The notes under the pieces were generated by a model. It saw nothing but the letters and a program-made list of their open reading frames with translations, had not been told where the DNA came from and ran no database searches. From a virus (Duplodnaviria; Heunggongvirae; Uroviricota; Caudoviricetes), in IMG/VR virus record IMGVR_UViG_3300013126_000009: a DNA stretch of 64,000 bases; one strand, 5' to 3'. Of the stretch, positions 37,514 through 46,308 are shown piece after piece. The position numbers and the translations under genes are program-made. Within the stretch, counting starts at the first letter, position 1; each line of letters begins with the position of its first letter.

Positions 37514-38038
37514 ATGGATTCAGTAAAAGAAAATATCGTTGAGTTTGATTTAAATAAAGTTTTATTTATTATCGAATCTAATGAATTATTAAAAAATTCA
37601 TTTACAAAGTCACATGATTTGGTAATGGTTAAGTCCATGATTGGGTCAAAGACCTTACCAGAAAATATTTTACAATCTATTAATCAAGTATTTGATTTAA
37701 TAATTCTTAACGATGATTACTTATTAAATGCATATAATAATTTGTCAATCGACAATGATAACACCAAACCAAAAGCTAAAGCAAAAAGACAATCTAAGTG
37801 GTTTGGCAAGACGAAAATCGAGTCATTGATTGCTGAAAACAATGGGGTTAAGACCGAATTACATTCAGCGATGTTGGCGCTTAATGATATTAAGAATGCT
37901 TGGGCTAGAGTTAACCGTTTTTTAATTAAAGCGCAACGTGACGGTACTGAAGTTGATAGTGTTAAACTTAGGGAAATAATTGCTTTGGCAAAAACATTTA
38001 ATAAGCACTTAGACAGTGCAATGTACGGAAAAAAATAA
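37514..38038 (+). CDS. hypothetical protein
   Basis: 174-aa ORF after a TATATTTGTATC box. Confidence 0.4.
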   Translation: MDSVKENIVEFDLNKVLFIIESNELLKNSFTKSHDLVMVKSMIGSKTLPENILQSINQVFDLIILNDDYLLNAYNNLSIDNDNTKPKAKAKRQSKWFGKTKIESLIAENNGVKTELHSAMLALNDIKNAWARVNRFLIKAQRDGTEVDSVKLREIIALAKTFNKHLDSAMYGKK

Positions 38039-38266
38039 TTGATTATGAAAAACGAACTACTTTCAATATTAACAAATCACATTCAAGATGATAATTTAGC
38101 AAACACCATTGCTGACGAAATTATTGTTCTATTAACAGAAAAAGCCAAATTACCAACAGATAAGGAAGTTTCAATGGCTCAAATATTTGGCGGGTTAAAT
38201 CTAAAAGAATCGGCAATCTTTGAACGTGGGGTTAACTGGAGCAGAGACAAAATATTGGGAAAATAA
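38039..38266 (+). CDS. hypothetical protein
   Basis: 75-aa ORF. Confidence 0.35.
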   Translation: MIMKNELLSILTNHIQDDNLANTIADEIIVLLTEKAKLPTDKEVSMAQIFGGLNLKESAIFERGVNWSRDKILGK

Positions 38267-38323
38267 TTTGGTTGTTTAAAATATTATTCTTATTTTTGTT
38301 TAACTAACTAAAAAAAAATAAGC

Positions 38324-38794
38324 ATGAATATTTTTGTATTGGATTTGGATACAACCAAATGTGCGCAATATCACAATGACAAACATTGCGTAAAAATGAT
38401 ATTGGAAACAAGCCAAATTTTGTGTGGTGTCCATTGGATGACTGGCGGTGCGGCACCATATGGTTTATCGCATAAGAATCATCCATGTAGTATATGGGCA
38501 AGAACCTGTATTGAAAATTATGTTTGGCTTTGTGATTTAGGACTTGCTCTTTGTAAAGAGTACACATATCGATATGGTAAAAGACACAAAAGCCAAGACA
38601 TTCTTGAATGGTGCATGATTAATTTACCTGAGTTACCTGAATATGGTAATATCACGCCATTTGCTTTGGCTATGCCAGACGAATGCAAAATTGGTGATGC
38701 AGTTTCTTCATATCGTGAATATTATCGAATTCACAAAAAATCCTTTTGTGATTGGAAAAATCGCGAAACACCTGAATGGTTTTTGCCAGTTTAA
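38324..38794 (+). CDS. hypothetical Cys/His-rich protein
   Basis: 156-aa ORF. Confidence 0.4.
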   Translation: MNIFVLDLDTTKCAQYHNDKHCVKMILETSQILCGVHWMTGGAAPYGLSHKNHPCSIWARTCIENYVWLCDLGLALCKEYTYRYGKRHKSQDILEWCMINLPELPEYGNITPFALAMPDECKIGDAVSSYREYYRIHKKSFCDWKNRETPEWFLPV

Positions 38795-38830
38795 AAATTT
38801 ATTTGTATATTTGTTTCATTAAAAAAAACT

Positions 38831-39046
38831 ATGAATAGTCAGTTTAAAAATCAGGCATTGAATAATTTCGTAATGGAATCAAAAGAAATTAATCTCGAAG
38901 AGCGACCATATAAGGGTAAAGTTGGTGGGTATTCGATAGAGATGGTTATTAGCAAGACAGATAATGTATATGATTCTTTCATATATAAAAAAGAATCTGA
39001 CAGAGATGAAGACCTTAAAATCTTGATAGAACTTTTGTACAACTAA
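38831..39046 (+). CDS. hypothetical protein
   Basis: 71-aa ORF after a TATATTTGTTTC box. Confidence 0.3.
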   Translation: MNSQFKNQALNNFVMESKEINLEERPYKGKVGGYSIEMVISKTDNVYDSFIYKKESDRDEDLKILIELLYN

Positions 39047-39057
39047 AAAGATTAATC

Positions 39058-40104
39058 ATGATGACTGAAAAAGTTTATAAATTCCCTTCAATTGAACAGC
39101 TCAGAACTGTAATTAAGGAGGTTAATCATCGTATTAGATTTAGAGGTACAACTGAGAGTGGTGAACCAATATATGATGAGACTGAAGGCATTCTACCAAC
39201 GTTAAAATTTCGTGGCAGTATCAAATTACATGGTACGAATGCGTCAATAATTCGATTGAAAAATGAGCATGGTAACATCAAAACTCAAGTTCAATCCAGA
39301 ACAAATATAATAACGCCATTAAAAGATAATGCTGGGTTTGCTACATTTGTTACAACCATCGATGTTAATAAAATATTCGATTTAATTAAACGGAACGGTA
39401 GCGTTTCTGATTATAAGATTATTCAAGTCTATGGTGAATGGTGTGGCGGTAATATTCAAAAAGGTGTTGCCCTGAACGAGCTTGAAAAAATGTTTGTTAT
39501 TTTTGCGATTAAGATTGATGGTTTATGGATGAAAGACTCTGAATTAAAAAATATTAAAATTCCTGAGCAAAAGATATATAACATTTTAGATTACCCAACT
39601 TTCGTTATTGACATTGATTTTAATAATGTTAGTGAATCGGCTGAACTGATTTCTGACTACGTTGATAGTGTTGAGAATGAATGCCCAGTTGGTAAATCTT
39701 TTGGGGTATCTGGTACTGGTGAGGGTTTGGTATTTGTTTGTGTTACTGAAGGTTGGGGTGATTCTAGGTTTTGGTTTAAATCTAAAGGTGAGAAACACCA
39801 AAGCAGTAAGACCAAAACCAAAGTACCAATTGACATTGAACGAGTTAGCAATATAGATTCACTGGTTGATAATTTTTTGACTGAATCAAGGTTAAATCAA
39901 GGGCTTGATTATCTTAGGGAAAACCATATGGATATATCACGAAAGAGTACTGGTAATTATCTTCGTTGGATATTTGAAGATGTTGTTAAAGAAGAACTTG
40001 ATACAATAACTGGCAACGGTTTTGAACCAAAGGACATTAGTTCAGCATTATCAACCAAAGCCAGATTGTGGTTTTTTGAAAAAACGGATAATGTTTTTTT
40101 GTAA
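39058..40104 (+). CDS. RNA ligase, Rnl2-like
   Basis: Motif I KLHGTN (compare T4 Rnl2 KIHGTN) and VYGEWCGGNIQKGV (compare VFGEFAGPGIQKNV). Confidence 0.7.
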   Translation: MMTEKVYKFPSIEQLRTVIKEVNHRIRFRGTTESGEPIYDETEGILPTLKFRGSIKLHGTNASIIRLKNEHGNIKTQVQSRTNIITPLKDNAGFATFVTTIDVNKIFDLIKRNGSVSDYKIIQVYGEWCGGNIQKGVALNELEKMFVIFAIKIDGLWMKDSELKNIKIPEQKIYNILDYPTFVIDIDFNNVSESAELISDYVDSVENECPVGKSFGVSGTGEGLVFVCVTEGWGDSRFWFKSKGEKHQSSKTKTKVPIDIERVSNIDSLVDNFLTESRLNQGLDYLRENHMDISRKSTGNYLRWIFEDVVKEELDTITGNGFEPKDISSALSTKARLWFFEKTDNVFL

Positions 40105-40452
40105 TTAAAAAAGCGACAGTTTTAAAATTAGAAGTGTAGAAACTGTTGTTGATGGAGTGAAAAATGATAACGGAGTAAAATTTACGGTGAAAACTCAAAA
40201 TAGTACTGTAGAGTTTGAAATTAGTGATAAACAAGCAGAGTTGTTAGCGAAGTGGTTAAATTGTCGCTAACGGTTGCAAATATGGGAAGTAAATTTTTTA
40301 TTTCAAAATTTATTTCTTATATTTGTTGTTATAAATTAGTTAAAATAAAAAGATATGAGAGCATTTACCTAACCAAATACGTATAATAGAAAGACAAGGA
40401 AATTACATATACACCTTGTTATAAGTAGTTACAAACAATTAAAAAATTCATT

Positions 40453-40632
40453 ATGGAAACTTATTTTGAAACAAATGGAAAGAAAGGTGTTGTTCAAATT
40501 GGAGCGCACGTATTAAATGTATTATATTATTTCACAGAAGATGACACAATTTATTGTAAAGTTGTTGGTGGGGATAACGACTTTAATGATGGGTATGAAT
40601 TTTTTACACATTACAAATCATTACTCGTGTAA
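40453..40632 (+). CDS. hypothetical small protein (59 aa, below track cutoff)
   Basis: METYFETNGKKGVVQIG...; ATG 40453 to TAA 40630-40632. Confidence 0.25.
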   Translation: METYFETNGKKGVVQIGAHVLNVLYYFTEDDTIYCKVVGGDNDFNDGYEFFTHYKSLLV

Positions 40633-40677
40633 TTACTTATAATATTTGTTATAAAACGTTTCATAAATTAAAATAAT

Positions 40678-40950
40678 ATGAGTAAAAAAAAAGAAAGAGT
40701 AAAACAAAGATGGGATTTACTCCAAACCGAAATTAATAATTTAATTGATTCGATTATTTTTGAGTCATTTACAGAATGGAAAGATATTATTGAAAGTGAA
40801 ATCATACGAATCATTAAGAAATATAATGTCCTATCTTGGTATGGTAGAGAATGGAAGGTAATTACATCAATACATCCAATTTATAACGAATATACTTTTG
40901 ATGTTAGAACAATTAAGGGACATTGGAGGGTTATGAAAATTGTTAAATGA
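40678..40950 (+). CDS. hypothetical protein
   Basis: 90-aa ORF. Confidence 0.35.
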   Translation: MSKKKERVKQRWDLLQTEINNLIDSIIFESFTEWKDIIESEIIRIIKKYNVLSWYGREWKVITSIHPIYNEYTFDVRTIKGHWRVMKIVK

Positions 40951-40969
40951 AATGTTTTATAACGGTTGA

Positions 40970-41000
40970 GTGTAAAAAATCGTTTTAATGTTTTTTACAC
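40970..41000. repeat. L-module hairpin, copy 1 (copy 2 at 41736-41770)
   Basis: GTGTAAAAAA-TCGTTTTAATG-TTTTTTACAC inverted repeat. Confidence 0.6.
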
Positions 41001-41003
41001 TTT

Positions 41004-41017
41004 GTTATAAGTATGTG
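41004..41017 (+). repeat. bracket repeat L1 (GTTATAAGTATGTG)
   Basis: Inverted partner at 41424-41436 (CATTACTTATAAC). Confidence 0.6.
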
Positions 41018-41042
41018 TTTAAATTTTTATACCTTATAAAAA

Positions 41043-41405
41043 ATGATTAATATGATAAATAGAACTACAAAAAGATTGTTGAGTGCATCTCGACTTGGAG
41101 TTAACTTTGATTACGGTGATGGTCATCGTTGGATTAATTTTTACGAAGATGAAGTTACTGATAACGAAACAATGTATCAAAAACTTCAACGAAACAATAT
41201 TCATCCTAATACAAAAGTTTATGGGAATATTATTGACTGCTTAAACTTTGTTGATTTCCTATTGAAAAAAATGAATGAACCAACATTAGAAGAAAGGTTT
41301 GATGGATTTAATGATTGGGGATTTGATGATGAATTTGTAGGGAATCATACACCTTGGGAAGATAGTGGAAGTGAAACGGATGAATATTTTGAGGAACGAA
41401 TATAA
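41043..41405 (+). CDS. hypothetical acidic protein (bracketed cassette 1)
   Basis: 120-aa ORF lying between bracket repeats L1 and R1. Confidence 0.35.
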   Translation: MINMINRTTKRLLSASRLGVNFDYGDGHRWINFYEDEVTDNETMYQKLQRNNIHPNTKVYGNIIDCLNFVDFLLKKMNEPTLEERFDGFNDWGFDDEFVGNHTPWEDSGSETDEYFEERI

Positions 41406-41423
41406 AATTCATAAAAATTTAAA

Positions 41424-41436
41424 CATTACTTATAAC
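41424..41436 (-). repeat. bracket repeat R1
   Basis: Reverse complement GTTATAAGTAATG matches L1. Confidence 0.6.
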
Positions 41437-41506
41437 GTTTTCGGGCTTTGCGTTCGGCAGGGCTTAGAAGCACTAAACTTGATTTGAAAAACTAAAATTT
41501 CATAAT

Positions 41507-41710
41507 ATGACAAAAGTAAATTTAAACAACCAAACCCCTGCTGATGCAAAGCCCGTGTTAGCAGATAGTAAAATTGCCGTTGGTGATAAAGTAAGAATTG
41601 ATAAAGGAACTAAGCCTATCTTAACAGTACAGCACATTATTGGTAAGGTAGTTTGGTTTGAAGAAACGAATGATAATTGCTTCCTTGATGAGTGTACAAA
41701 GGTTGGGTAG
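41507..41710 (+). CDS. hypothetical protein (between brackets)
   Basis: 67-aa ORF. Confidence 0.3.
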   Translation: MTKVNLNNQTPADAKPVLADSKIAVGDKVRIDKGTKPILTVQHIIGKVVWFEETNDNCFLDECTKVG

Positions 41711-41735
41711 GCAATTTTATTTCTGCTAACGTTTT

Positions 41736-41770
41736 GTGTATAAAAAATCGTTTTAATGTTTTTTATACGC
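41736..41770. repeat. L-module hairpin, copy 2
   Basis: GTGTATAAAAAA-TCGTTTTAATG-TTTTTTATAC(GC). Confidence 0.6.
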
Positions 41771-41771
41771 T

Positions 41772-41785
41772 GTTATAAGTATGTA
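41772..41785 (+). repeat. bracket repeat L2 (GTTATAAGTATGTA)
   Basis: Inverted partner at 41997-42010. Confidence 0.6.
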
Positions 41786-41818
41786 AAATAAAAATTATAC
41801 AAATTAAAAAATAAAAAT

Positions 41819-41989
41819 ATGGACGAAGAACAAAAAAAATCGGAAGAAATGTTTATACTGATGAAAATTGGTAAAATGACAATAACTGAAATAAATACAT
41901 TGACAGATAAGGAAAGATTTTTTTTATCTAAATGGTTTAAAGAAAGTTTAGAAACAGAACAACGCATTATGAAAGAAAGATATAGATAA
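41819..41989 (+). CDS. hypothetical small protein (56 aa; bracketed cassette 2)
   Basis: MDEEQKKSEEMFILMKIGKMTITEINTLTDKERFFLSKWFKESLETEQRIMKERYR; preferred over the minus-strand ORF 41773..41967. Confidence 0.3.
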   Translation: MDEEQKKSEEMFILMKIGKMTITEINTLTDKERFFLSKWFKESLETEQRIMKERYR

Positions 41990-41996
41990 TTTTTAT

Positions 41997-42010
41997 TTTA
42001 TTACTTATAA
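41997..42010 (-). repeat. bracket repeat R2
   Basis: Reverse complement GTTATAAGTAATAA. Confidence 0.6.
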
Positions 42011-42126
42011 CGTTATTTGGCTTTACGTAGGTGGGGCTAAATAGCACAAAACTTTCAACCTGCACAAAAGATTATTAAAAGCACGTAAGCTGGGTTTAAA
42101 CGCTAACCCCCACTTGCGTAAAACCA

Positions 42127-42351
42127 ATGTTAGCACCAGTTTTTATTATGGAAAATCAACCAGTTCAAGAAAAAGTAAAAGTAGGCACAGAATCGCTAAA
42201 ATCATTAGCCATCTATCTTTCGGGATTAAAAGATGGTAAAGGTAATTTGTTACCATTAGGCACTATTGTTTTAGAAGACCTTTGGAATGCTATCAGTTAT
42301 TTAGATGGTGATGTACGGTTCACGGCTAAACGTGATGATAAGGTTCGCTAA
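42127..42351 (+). CDS. hypothetical protein (between brackets)
   Basis: 74-aa ORF. Confidence 0.35.
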   Translation: MLAPVFIMENQPVQEKVKVGTESLKSLAIYLSGLKDGKGNLLPLGTIVLEDLWNAISYLDGDVRFTAKRDDKVR

Positions 42352-42481
42352 AATTGGTGCTAACGTTAAATGTATGAAATGTAGGCGGATAGGAACTACT
42401 GCCTTATCAACCTACACAAAATTAAATAGAAAGTAGAAAAGTATAAACCTGCACTAAAACAGCCTATATTTTATACATATT

Positions 42482-42496
42482 GTTAGGCGTATGTGC
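42482..42496 (+). repeat. bracket repeat L3 (GTTAGGCGTATGTGC)
   Basis: Inverted partner at 42691-42703; its core differs from L1/L2 but complementarity is preserved. Confidence 0.6.
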
Positions 42497-42690
42497 TTTT
42501 AAATCAAAAAAATATGATACAAATTAGATGGTATGAAAGATTAACAATTAGTGTAATACTTTGCTCTGTGGCATTTTTAGTATGGCACTTCGGGTTCAAA
42601 ACAAATGATTGGATTAGTTTTTCAATCGGTTCATTTGGTTGGCAACTAATTGACCAAATAGTTTACACGATTAGATTCAGGCGTTTGTAG
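42493..42690 (+). CDS. hypothetical small membrane protein (bracketed cassette 3)
   Basis: 65 aa, two hydrophobic segments. Confidence 0.35.
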   Translation: MLLNQKNMIQIRWYERLTISVILCSVAFLVWHFGFKTNDWISFSIGSFGWQLIDQIVYTIRFRRL

Positions 42691-42703
42691 CATTACGCCT
42701 AAC
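42691..42703 (-). repeat. bracket repeat R3 (CATTACGCCTAAC)
   Basis: Reverse complement GTTAGGCGTAATG. Confidence 0.6.
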
Positions 42704-42752
42704 TAGTATATATATGTAATAATTTATAATCAATTAATTATCAATAAGTTAT

Positions 42753-43352
42753 ATGGCTAAAAACCAAAAAATTATAAAGATTTGCACTGAAAAGTTTATA
42801 TTTTTGAATTACTCGAAAAGAACTAGTGATATATATCTATGCTATATCAAGCAATTTTTAGATAGTTTAAACGATATACAAATAATCCATTGTAATTCAA
42901 AACATTTCCAATATTTCATTGATAATTATAAATTCACGTCTATATCACAACAAAACCAAGTTATCAACGCAATCAGGTTCTTATATAAGTACGGTTTGAA
43001 CAAAAAATATGATAAAGTAAGTTTCAAACGTCCTAAAAAAGAAAAGAAACTACCTCGTGTTATTGACGGTGATGTTCTAAAACAAAAAATTGAAACAATC
43101 ACAAATATTAAACATAGAACAATCCTCACATTAGCATATTCAGTAGGTTCTTGTCAAAGAATATTTAAAAAATATATTGATAATGATAAGTCATTCCATA
43201 GCCTGAGACATTCATGTTTTACTAATTTGTTGGAGAACGGAACAAACCTTCGGACAATTCAAGTGATAGCAGGGCACTCATCATCAAAAACTACAGAAAT
43301 ATACACACACATTTCAAAAAAAGCGTTAGAAAACGTTGTATTACCTATTTAA
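42753..43352 (+). CDS. compact tyrosine recombinase (phage-integrase family), possibly truncated
   Basis: N-terminal SAM-like core-binding region; C-terminal HSLRHSCFTNLLENGTNLRTIQVIAGHSSSKTTEIYTHI (H-x-x-R ... H ... Y catalytic motif). Only 199 aa; the segment between box I and box II is missing. Confidence 0.6.
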   Translation: MAKNQKIIKICTEKFIFLNYSKRTSDIYLCYIKQFLDSLNDIQIIHCNSKHFQYFIDNYKFTSISQQNQVINAIRFLYKYGLNKKYDKVSFKRPKKEKKLPRVIDGDVLKQKIETITNIKHRTILTLAYSVGSCQRIFKKYIDNDKSFHSLRHSCFTNLLENGTNLRTIQVIAGHSSSKTTEIYTHISKKALENVVLPI

Positions 43353-43369
43353 TTTTGTATATTTGCATT

Positions 43370-43816
43370 ATGATAGAAGCCAATGATAATATAATCATAT
43401 CCTTTAAAAATAGGTCAATAGATATCGATAAGCCAATTAAAGTTTATCGAAACCTACATAAAAAAGGTAAATGGTACTCAATTAAACAAGATAATCTGGT
43501 CGTTGCTCACGCACAAAGATTATGTTTGTCAAAACCTAGATTTTTAATTAACCAATCTGGTAAAAAGAGAGCCATCAAAGAACAACAAAGAAATGTTCAC
43601 GCCTTTATTGTTGGCTACTTGAGAAAATCTGGTATGGGTACAACGGCAATTGATAAACTACCAGCAAAAATTGAATATGACCCATTTAATAAACATGGTT
43701 TTTTTTGTGATAATTTAACAATTAATAGGTTGGAAGTCTTATCGGCAGAATTCTGTGTTATAAATGAAAATGGCGTAAGTGCCGCATATTTAGGAGAAAC
43801 AAAAATATTAAAGTAA
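43370..43816 (+). CDS. hypothetical protein
   Basis: ORF; start moved to the ATG after the TATATTTGCATT box. Confidence 0.4.
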   Translation: MIEANDNIIISFKNRSIDIDKPIKVYRNLHKKGKWYSIKQDNLVVAHAQRLCLSKPRFLINQSGKKRAIKEQQRNVHAFIVGYLRKSGMGTTAIDKLPAKIEYDPFNKHGFFCDNLTINRLEVLSAEFCVINENGVSAAYLGETKILK

Positions 43817-44004
43817 TGGAGTTTAAATTAGTCGAAGAACAAGAAGTCAAACTTAAAGAATGGCAAGAGAAAATAAAAGAAATATTTGGAAAATATGGCT
43901 TGTATGATTTCATATTTACACCAAACGGAATTGGAACGGCTGTAAAAGTGCGTTCACATTTAACTAAAACTGAATTGGACTTAACAGACGTTGACAAATG
44001 GTAG
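43816..44004 (+). CDS. hypothetical protein
   Basis: 62-aa ORF, ATGA-coupled. Confidence 0.3.
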   Translation: MEFKLVEEQEVKLKEWQEKIKEIFGKYGLYDFIFTPNGIGTAVKVRSHLTKTELDLTDVDKW

Positions 44005-44180
44005 AAAAAAAAATTAAAACTTGGCGAGTACATTTCTATAAGGACAAAGAAAGAACAACTCTAGACCATATGGATATTGAAGCTGAAAGACTATTTGAGT
44101 TAGATGATTTGTTACAAACAAAATATTTGTACCGATATCAATATGACTCAATAGTTAGGATTGATACACTTTTTGATTAA
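43998..44180 (+). CDS. hypothetical protein
   Basis: 60-aa ORF. Confidence 0.3.
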   Translation: MVEKKIKTWRVHFYKDKERTTLDHMDIEAERLFELDDLLQTKYLYRYQYDSIVRIDTLFD

Positions 44181-44196
44181 TTAATTATTTTAAAAT

Positions 44197-44748
44197 ATGA
44201 GAACAATTAGAATTAAAATTTATGGTTATGGGGGTGAATTAACTGCTGGTACATTATCAGATGATGCTTACATGAATATGTTGGATTATGATAGTGAAAA
44301 CGGTATCCAAAATTTAGAATGGTACGAAATGGACGATTTAGTACATGCTTATGGTGTACATCCAGATGGTGCTGTTATTGAAGTAATCGATGTTGATACT
44401 GATGAAGTGATATATGAAGGTGAATTAGGTGAGTTGAATGGAGACCCATTTGACTTGGATGAATTGTATTTTGAACCAACCGAAGATAATATAATAGTTT
44501 GTTTAAATAGTGAAAAGGGATTGTTTTTTGACGGTACAATTGAATTGGGTGACGATGACGAATTTGACATTGAAAATATTAAATTGACGTTAAAAGACAT
44601 TCTAATCGAAGATGAGGGACAAGACTTATCTGTCGGTCATGAAATTGTCAATGAGGTTACTTATAACGGTGAAGAAATAGATAATATGGGTGGTGAAACC
44701 AGAGGTAAATCATTCGATGTACATTTTTTTCCAAAATATGAGCAATGA
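44197..44748 (+). CDS. hypothetical highly acidic protein
   Basis: 183 aa, D/E-rich. Confidence 0.4.
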   Translation: MRTIRIKIYGYGGELTAGTLSDDAYMNMLDYDSENGIQNLEWYEMDDLVHAYGVHPDGAVIEVIDVDTDEVIYEGELGELNGDPFDLDELYFEPTEDNIIVCLNSEKGLFFDGTIELGDDDEFDIENIKLTLKDILIEDEGQDLSVGHEIVNEVTYNGEEIDNMGGETRGKSFDVHFFPKYEQ

Positions 44749-44969
44749 TGTTTCCAAAATTTGATAAGTGGCTGAAATTTAGAGGTGGTAAATTGAAAAA
44801 TTATTACTATGGGACAATGACAACAATATTTGGAATTTTAGCCTTACTATTTTCTGGCATTACGTACTCCGCGCTTTTCACCGCTAGAGTTGACATATTT
44901 GTAATATCTTTGGCAATGTCGATTGCATTTGCTATTAATCTATTTGAAAATTTTGATAATATTAACTGA
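44745..44969 (+). CDS. hypothetical membrane protein
   Basis: 74 aa, two TM-like segments. Confidence 0.3.
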   Translation: MMFPKFDKWLKFRGGKLKNYYYGTMTTIFGILALLFSGITYSALFTARVDIFVISLAMSIAFAINLFENFDNIN

Positions 44970-44971
44970 AA

Positions 44972-45172
44972 ATGGAAATAGAACGGAATATTAACGGTAT
45001 ACAATTAAAGTTTGAGGTCACTGATGACGAAATAATTCAATCTTTCACAAAAAGACCGATTGATGAAAGAGTTGTATTTTTTCGAAAATTGGCCAAAGCC
45101 GATTTAAAATCTTTTCTGGAGATATTGCAGATAATCGACATTTTTAACATTTTAAGACCACTAAAAAAATGA
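44972..45172 (+). CDS. hypothetical protein
   Basis: 66-aa ORF. Confidence 0.3.
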   Translation: MEIERNINGIQLKFEVTDDEIIQSFTKRPIDERVVFFRKLAKADLKSFLEILQIIDIFNILRPLKK

Positions 45173-45513
45173 AAATTAACAAAAATCATGTTGTTAAATG
45201 TGAAATTGAAAAAGAACATAACAACGAAGAATATTCTTGGTTTAAACCTATTAACATTTTTGGTTTAACAATTAAAGATGGTGCTTTTAGTAATGGTTAC
45301 AACTCTTATACTTTAGAGGAAGCCGAAAATCACAATAAGTTTACTGTTAAATATAGTGATGATGATAAACCATATTTAGTAAACAAGGCTAAATTAACCA
45401 TTTATTTGTCAAATCGGCACTATGAAATCAAATATTTTTTGAATGATTTCCAATTACGTCAATTCGTTGAACAAAACTTAATTGGTGATAATTGGTTTGA
45501 TTTTTTCGATTGA
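45169..45513 (+). CDS. hypothetical protein
   Basis: 114-aa ORF. Confidence 0.35.
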   Translation: MKINKNHVVKCEIEKEHNNEEYSWFKPINIFGLTIKDGAFSNGYNSYTLEEAENHNKFTVKYSDDDKPYLVNKAKLTIYLSNRHYEIKYFLNDFQLRQFVEQNLIGDNWFDFFD

Positions 45514-45918
45514 TTCAAATATATGTGGGTTATCCTGACCATAGGTTCTCATAATGATACCAGCAATAGCATTAGCTTCATTTTCGATGTCTGAACCAGT
45601 TTCACCATCAGTACCATCGTTTTTTAGCTTACCGTTTTGTTTTTGTTGATAATGAACCAACTCATGGGCAAGACTTCTCATAACATCGCCCAGACTACGA
45701 TTACCCATATAAACGACAATTTCATCATTAACAATGTCATTATGCGCATAAGTCTTAGTTTTAGACTTGTCTTTTGTTAATTCTATTTTAGGTAAATCAG
45801 TTAATTCTAAGTAATCTTTACAGTATTGAACAAAATCATTAAAAGATTCTGTTCGACCATAAGATTCAGTTTTTTTTAAATTTTCCTTTAATATATGTCT
45901 AATTCGGTTAACGCCCAT
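45478..45918 (-). CDS. HExxH zinc metallopeptidase-like protein (ImmA/IrrE- or anti-restriction-like)
   Basis: SLAHELVHYQQ (HExxH) motif; minus-strand gene convergent with its plus-strand neighbours. Confidence 0.5.
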   Translation of the reverse strand: MGVNRIRHILKENLKKTESYGRTESFNDFVQYCKDYLELTDLPKIELTKDKSKTKTYAHNDIVNDEIVVYMGNRSLGDVMRSLAHELVHYQQKQNGKLKNDGTDGETGSDIENEANAIAGIIMRTYGQDNPHIFESIEKIKPIITN

Positions 45919-45975
45919 AATAATAAATATGGGGAAAATTTTGTTTAATTAAAATATATTTTGTATATTTGTGCA

Positions 45976-46308
45976 ATGGATTGGTTTGAAAACATAAGAT
46001 ATGGACTTAGGCGTGATTTGGTTGGTAGAAAATTTCTATACAAATCCAAATATGGTGGTGAAACCATTGGTGAAATATCAGATGTTCATATTGAACATAC
46101 AGTACATTTTGATGCTGTAACAGGTTATAACATCCATAAATATCTATCTGATGTGTCGGTTAAGGTTGAACCACCAACATACGATAAACCCACGGTTAAT
46201 CATAAATGGGGAGGTTATAAGTTAAACTTTTATATCAAATCAACGAACAACATAATATATAATTTAAACGAAATTATAATATTAAAAACTGAAATTGAAA
46301 CAACATGA
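45976..46308 (+). CDS. hypothetical protein
   Basis: ORF; start moved to the ATG after the TATATTTGTGCA box. Confidence 0.35.
   Translation: MDWFENIRYGLRRDLVGRKFLYKSKYGGETIGEISDVHIEHTVHFDAVTGYNIHKYLSDVSVKVEPPTYDKPTVNHKWGGYKLNFYIKSTNNIIYNLNEIIILKTEIETT

Noticed and set aside
40109-40270. Possible small non-ATG ORF and AGCGACAG / TTGTCGCT inverted repeat in the 40.1-40.3 kb gap
   Set aside because: No canonical start codon in the open frame and only a 7/8 inverted match. Noted as unannotated space but not reported as a feature.
42691-42750. Calling 42691-42750 a bona fide integron attC site
   Set aside because: Only the GTTAGGC/GCCTAAC core and inverse-core match. The expected internal L'/L'' imperfect palindrome and a second core at the right distance are not evident, and the recombinase is not IntI-like in length. 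Kept as a resemblance within the bracket-repeat finding.
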